64,000 nucleotides of DNA, taken from contig JAHRHZ010000021.1 of assembly GCA_024137785.1 (NCBI GenBank), positions 33,267,844 through 33,331,843 on the forward strand, given 5' to 3'. The notes beneath the pieces are model-generated. The model ran no database searches, was not told the origin of the DNA, and saw only the letters and a program-made list of their open reading frames with translations. Below are positions 60,103 through 64,000 of the stretch, one piece after another; positions within the stretch are counted from its first letter, which is position 1, and the number at the start of each line of letters is the position of its first letter. The position numbers and the translations under genes were made by a program. This stretch comes from Ginglymostoma cirratum. Taxonomy: Eukaryota.

Positions 60103-62859
60103 CAAGTTGCACAAGATTTTATAAAACTGGTGCTATCGTAGTTATCTTCTTTTCCCAAACACAAGCAACCTCTAAGGGCAAAAGGAAAATGATAGCCACC
60201 AGGATCACTGAGGCCACTATATTCTAAAGTTTTTGACGTAATCTCCAATCTGACACCATATGTACCCTCTTACCAATCCAGTGTTTAAGAAAATAAAACT
60301 TTAGCTCCCAAAAATAGTAAAAACTAACTCTAAGGTGAAGCTGGGAAAGGAGATGATGCCTATTCTGTCAACTTGAGTAGGTGTCCAGTGTCCATTGACT
60401 AGACGGATGCAAATGAGTGACTGACACAGTGTAAACTGCCAGTCACCAGAAACAGGGCACATCAGCAAGTGCTCCGAGGGGAGAGGCCAATCCTCATCAG
60501 GTGGCACTGCTCACCAGGCAGCTATCTTCTTCCAATGGAAGGTGGACCACAGGAGGAGGAAGACAGCACAGGCATAGGTTCCCTAACACTTTGGCTGGAG
60601 ATCAGGATGCCATCTTTAATGGGATTGACACCTGCTCTGGTATAAGTGAACCATCACCAATCATGACGTGGTGGATACTTTTCTTGTCTAATTAACTAAT
60701 TAGACTAATGGTACTCATTAACAAACAAACTGTATACATACTCCTTATGAATGATCTATTGCGTGTATTAGATAACTGTGGCCCTGAATTCCAAAATCTT
60801 GCAAAATTTTAAGACACAGGCTGGTAAAACAAGAATGTGAATTCTTTAGTTAAAGATAAGAATATATATCAATGTAGTTAATTAGGGTGCTAGGTATGGT
60901 GTATCAGATCTCTACTGCTGTTGGCTTTAAATGAAGTACAAGTCATGGGACCAATGCATCATATCCGGTCAAGGTGATAGTGACTGACACCAATTTAACA
61001 AATACTCCTTTAAAGTATGTCATATCACAACAACTAAGCGAGAAAAGAAAACAAAGGAACAGGAGAATAAGCTAGCCAGAAAACCCACTCTCCCATCAAA
61101 AAAAAACACAGAATAAAAATCTAGGTGTGTTCACTGAAAAAGTCAGTGGAGTTGCCTCAACGTTTTGCATCTAATACAGCATCAGGAAGCTTCATGGCAA
61201 GAATTACAAGAAATCTATGGACTTGCGTTCTAATAAAAGTGCTGTTTGATACCCTTTGCTGTGTTGTCAGCTGAAGATTCTTTACCCAGCACACTCAACG
61301 AGCACACGCCCACTGAATATATTTACTTTACATATAGTTGCCCATACATGGATATACATAGCTACACAAAACACACCTTCCTCTGGAGTTCACTGAATTG
61401 TAAATAAATGGTGGGGTGATGAAATGTATTCCTGAAGGTTTTATCACATGATTTATCTCCACATTCTGGTCATTAATCGACTAACACGTCCAATCCTCAA
61501 ATGCAGTTTCTAGGCCTCTTGGAAAGGCTCATTTTCCCAGCTGGATGATACTTGGCTATGGGTCAAACAGTTTCTCCTTACCCCATTTTAAATAAATTAT
61601 GCCTGGTAAAGGGAAACATTTAAAAAAAAAGCAATAAAATCTTTCTTAATGTCCTTGTAATATTTCTCTGGGGTTGTATACAACAGTATTCTTGAGATTG
61701 ACGTGCAATTTCTGTAAACTCCAGGCCAATCCTGCAAGACTGGCAACACTACAAGGTCCTCTCCCCCCATCCTTTGAAAATGAGTTCAGACAAACTTTCA
61801 AATTTCTGTTAAAGGAAATGAATTGAGAGGCATGGTACAAACTATCAAGGACAGCCTGGTTTAGGTCCTACAGAATAGAAACGGTTGCGACACTCCTATT
61901 CTACAGAATAATCACAATTAGCTCCTCATATGGCTATGAAGCTTCCACACAGGAGATCCAAAGGAAGGAAAAACTCTCTTTCATTTTAGCTGTATTTTCT
62001 TTCCTTGCTTTGAAAAGCACAGCTCAGTGTTGAAAAAGGTTACAAAATATTTGGAAAGGCAGCAGGCTGGGAGATGAACAGCGACACCATTGTTTGTGTT
62101 CAGAATAGTTACAGAGGGAGCTTTGAAATGGTTATGAGATTGAAGGCCTTCTTGGCAAAGACAAATGGTTTTTGTGCCAATGCAGGAAAGCGTTACCACA
62201 TACACCCTTCTGTTCAAGACTGAAATGTACTTGCGGCTCTCTCTTCCCAATAACGATAACCAACAAAATCCCTTCATATATGAGATATTGTACTCTTTAT
62301 GTCACCAAGGGCATCCATTTACCTCTTGAACAGAAGTTTTTTTCCAAAATTAAATTTCGTAAACTAAAGCAGAGCCTGTCAATTTCAGTACATCACACAA
62401 AGCCGTAAACATCAGCAGGAAGTGGCAGACCACCACAATTCTTCAGGCACAGCAAAGAGGCCAACTCCTGGTTTTAGGTGAACTTCTCAGAATGGGTTTT
62501 GATCACAGAATTCCTGTTCACATCACAAATGGTCATTGCCAAAAGTATGGGGTGAGCAGCTGGGAGGTTGCTGGATTGGGCAAGAACTTGCTAATTCAGT
62601 AACAGTTGTGACCCAGATAACACCTGTATAGTCAGTGGGAGTAGATTTGGTCAGATCATGCTTAACTGCTAACCAGTGTGAAATCTTGGTAGCGTTCGAC
62701 CAAAATGTGCACTACCTCTCACACAAGTCACATGTTTAGGGAGTGTCAACCTTTCAGTCGAAATAATGGGTATCACACAGTGGGTACCATGAATGGCTCC
62801 TTGAACTCTGGGCACTCTGTTCCACGTTGGGGGGGTGGGGTTTGCTCAAATCAATGGGA

Positions 62860-63280
62860 GATTCTTGCCATTATGAAAAAGTTGTGAGTTCAAGTCTAGT
62901 TCAAATAGATTGAAGCACATAATATAGGTTGAGTAGAGCTGATGGAGCTTTGCAATGTTAGCGGCTGCTGTTTTTCAGATAAGACATTAAATAAAGGCTT
63001 TGTCCGCTCTCCTGGGCGGATATAAAAAATTGTATTGTTACATTCAGTGAGAAGGAGGGAAATCTCCTCATAACCTGACTGTTATTTATTCCGCAATCAA
63101 CATCATTAAACAGATGAAACATCATTAATCTCATTGCTGTGTATGGGAACTTTCTGTTTATAAATTCGGCTACTGCATGTTCCTGCAGTACCATAGTGTG
63201 TACCCTTCAAAGCACTTGTTGGCTCTGAAGCTCTTTGGACTGCCCTTGGTCCATAAATGTGATGGAAGTTCTTCCTTATT
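62860..63280 (+). mobile_element. DeuSINE (SacSINE1-like), near full length and diverged
   Basis: Head gttgtgagttcaagtc, Deu-like core (tttcagataagacattaaa ... atttattccgcaatcaacatca ... cattgctgtgtatgggaac ... aaattcggct) and an L2-like tail. Confidence 0.75.
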
Positions 63281-63654
63281 GCCTGATTGGAAAGTCTAAG
63301 AAATATCATGAACAAAAGAGACAACCATCACATCACTGAAATGTCTGTGTAGAGCTTATTGAATTATGATGACTTGATCTTGTGTAGCACCACAAAACTC
63401 AAGAATAGGATGAGCTGGACAAATTGGGGGGAAATTCCTGATGGAATGCTATGATTACCAAGGTTGCAATAGGCAAAGTTCCTAGAATCTACAATGTCAA
63501 TAGCATTATGCCATTTTCACTTTCAATTAAAACAAATCCTGCTTTTTATATCTCAGAGGAAAACAAAATATTTAAAAAAAACACACACACTTGGAAATGA
63601 ATGTACTGATCATACTAGAGATCATCCACAGGTTTTACCAGAGTTTTTCCTTCT

Positions 63655-63835
63655 GGGATAGTACTTTTTACATCATCAGGGCACTGCAAAGCACATTACA
63701 ACTAATGATTTGTTTTAAATAAAGGCACTATTGTTTTAAAGGCAAATGTGGCAGATAATTTGCACAGTGAAGGTCCCATAAAGAACAATGAGATGAATAA
63801 CCAATTACTCTGTTTTTGATGTTTATGTTTCAGTG
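63655..63835 (-). mobile_element. DeuSINE 3' fragment
   Basis: caaagcacattacaactaatga ... gtggcagataatttgcacagtgaaggtcccataaagaacaatgagat is the reverse complement of the Deu domain. Confidence 0.65.
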
Positions 63836-64000
63836 GGTGAATGGCACCTAGTAAAATTAACAAGAAAACAAACTATACGGTTTCTCTGCAAACATTTCCT
63901 GGAACTTTCTAAATTAATACAACACGTCTACTCAAAGGGATTTCTGCACTGATTCCATCCCATGACAACAGCAAATACTTGTTTAACATATTCGTCCATT

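Noticed and set aside
46603-64000. Search for the preceding SYN3 exon (AEFSELNL...NGTKVV)
   Set aside because: No match found by eye; it probably lies beyond the window, but a translated search is needed to exclude it.

Overview
Vertebrate genomic DNA, about 40% GC by eye, intron-rich and dense in repeats. The repeat types (HE1-like V-SINEs, DeuSINEs, CR1/L2-like LINEs, Penelope-like elements) point to a cartilaginous fish, most likely a shark; this is an inference. The window holds a nested gene pair. TIMP3 coding exons 2-5 and a long 3' UTR lie on the + strand (21402-~30200); exon 1 was not found and is probably upstream of the window. TIMP3 sits inside an intron of SYN3 (synapsin III), which has two coding exons on the - strand (46446-46602 and 31899-31988). 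All six exons have canonical AG/GT boundaries and compatible phases. Almost all other ORFs in the track are spurious or decayed transposon fragments. The most interesting unannotated structures are: (1) a family of short Penelope-derived hairpin insertions carrying decayed minimal hammerhead-ribozyme cores, one with a perfect 14-bp target-site duplication; (2) a tRNA-headed SINE that shares both its body and its tail with a local APE/RT LINE; (3) miR-21 and miR-1/206 seed sites plus a Pumilio element in the TIMP3 3' UTR. I cannot support a wholly new protein-coding system. Repeat boundaries are approximate unless stated otherwise.
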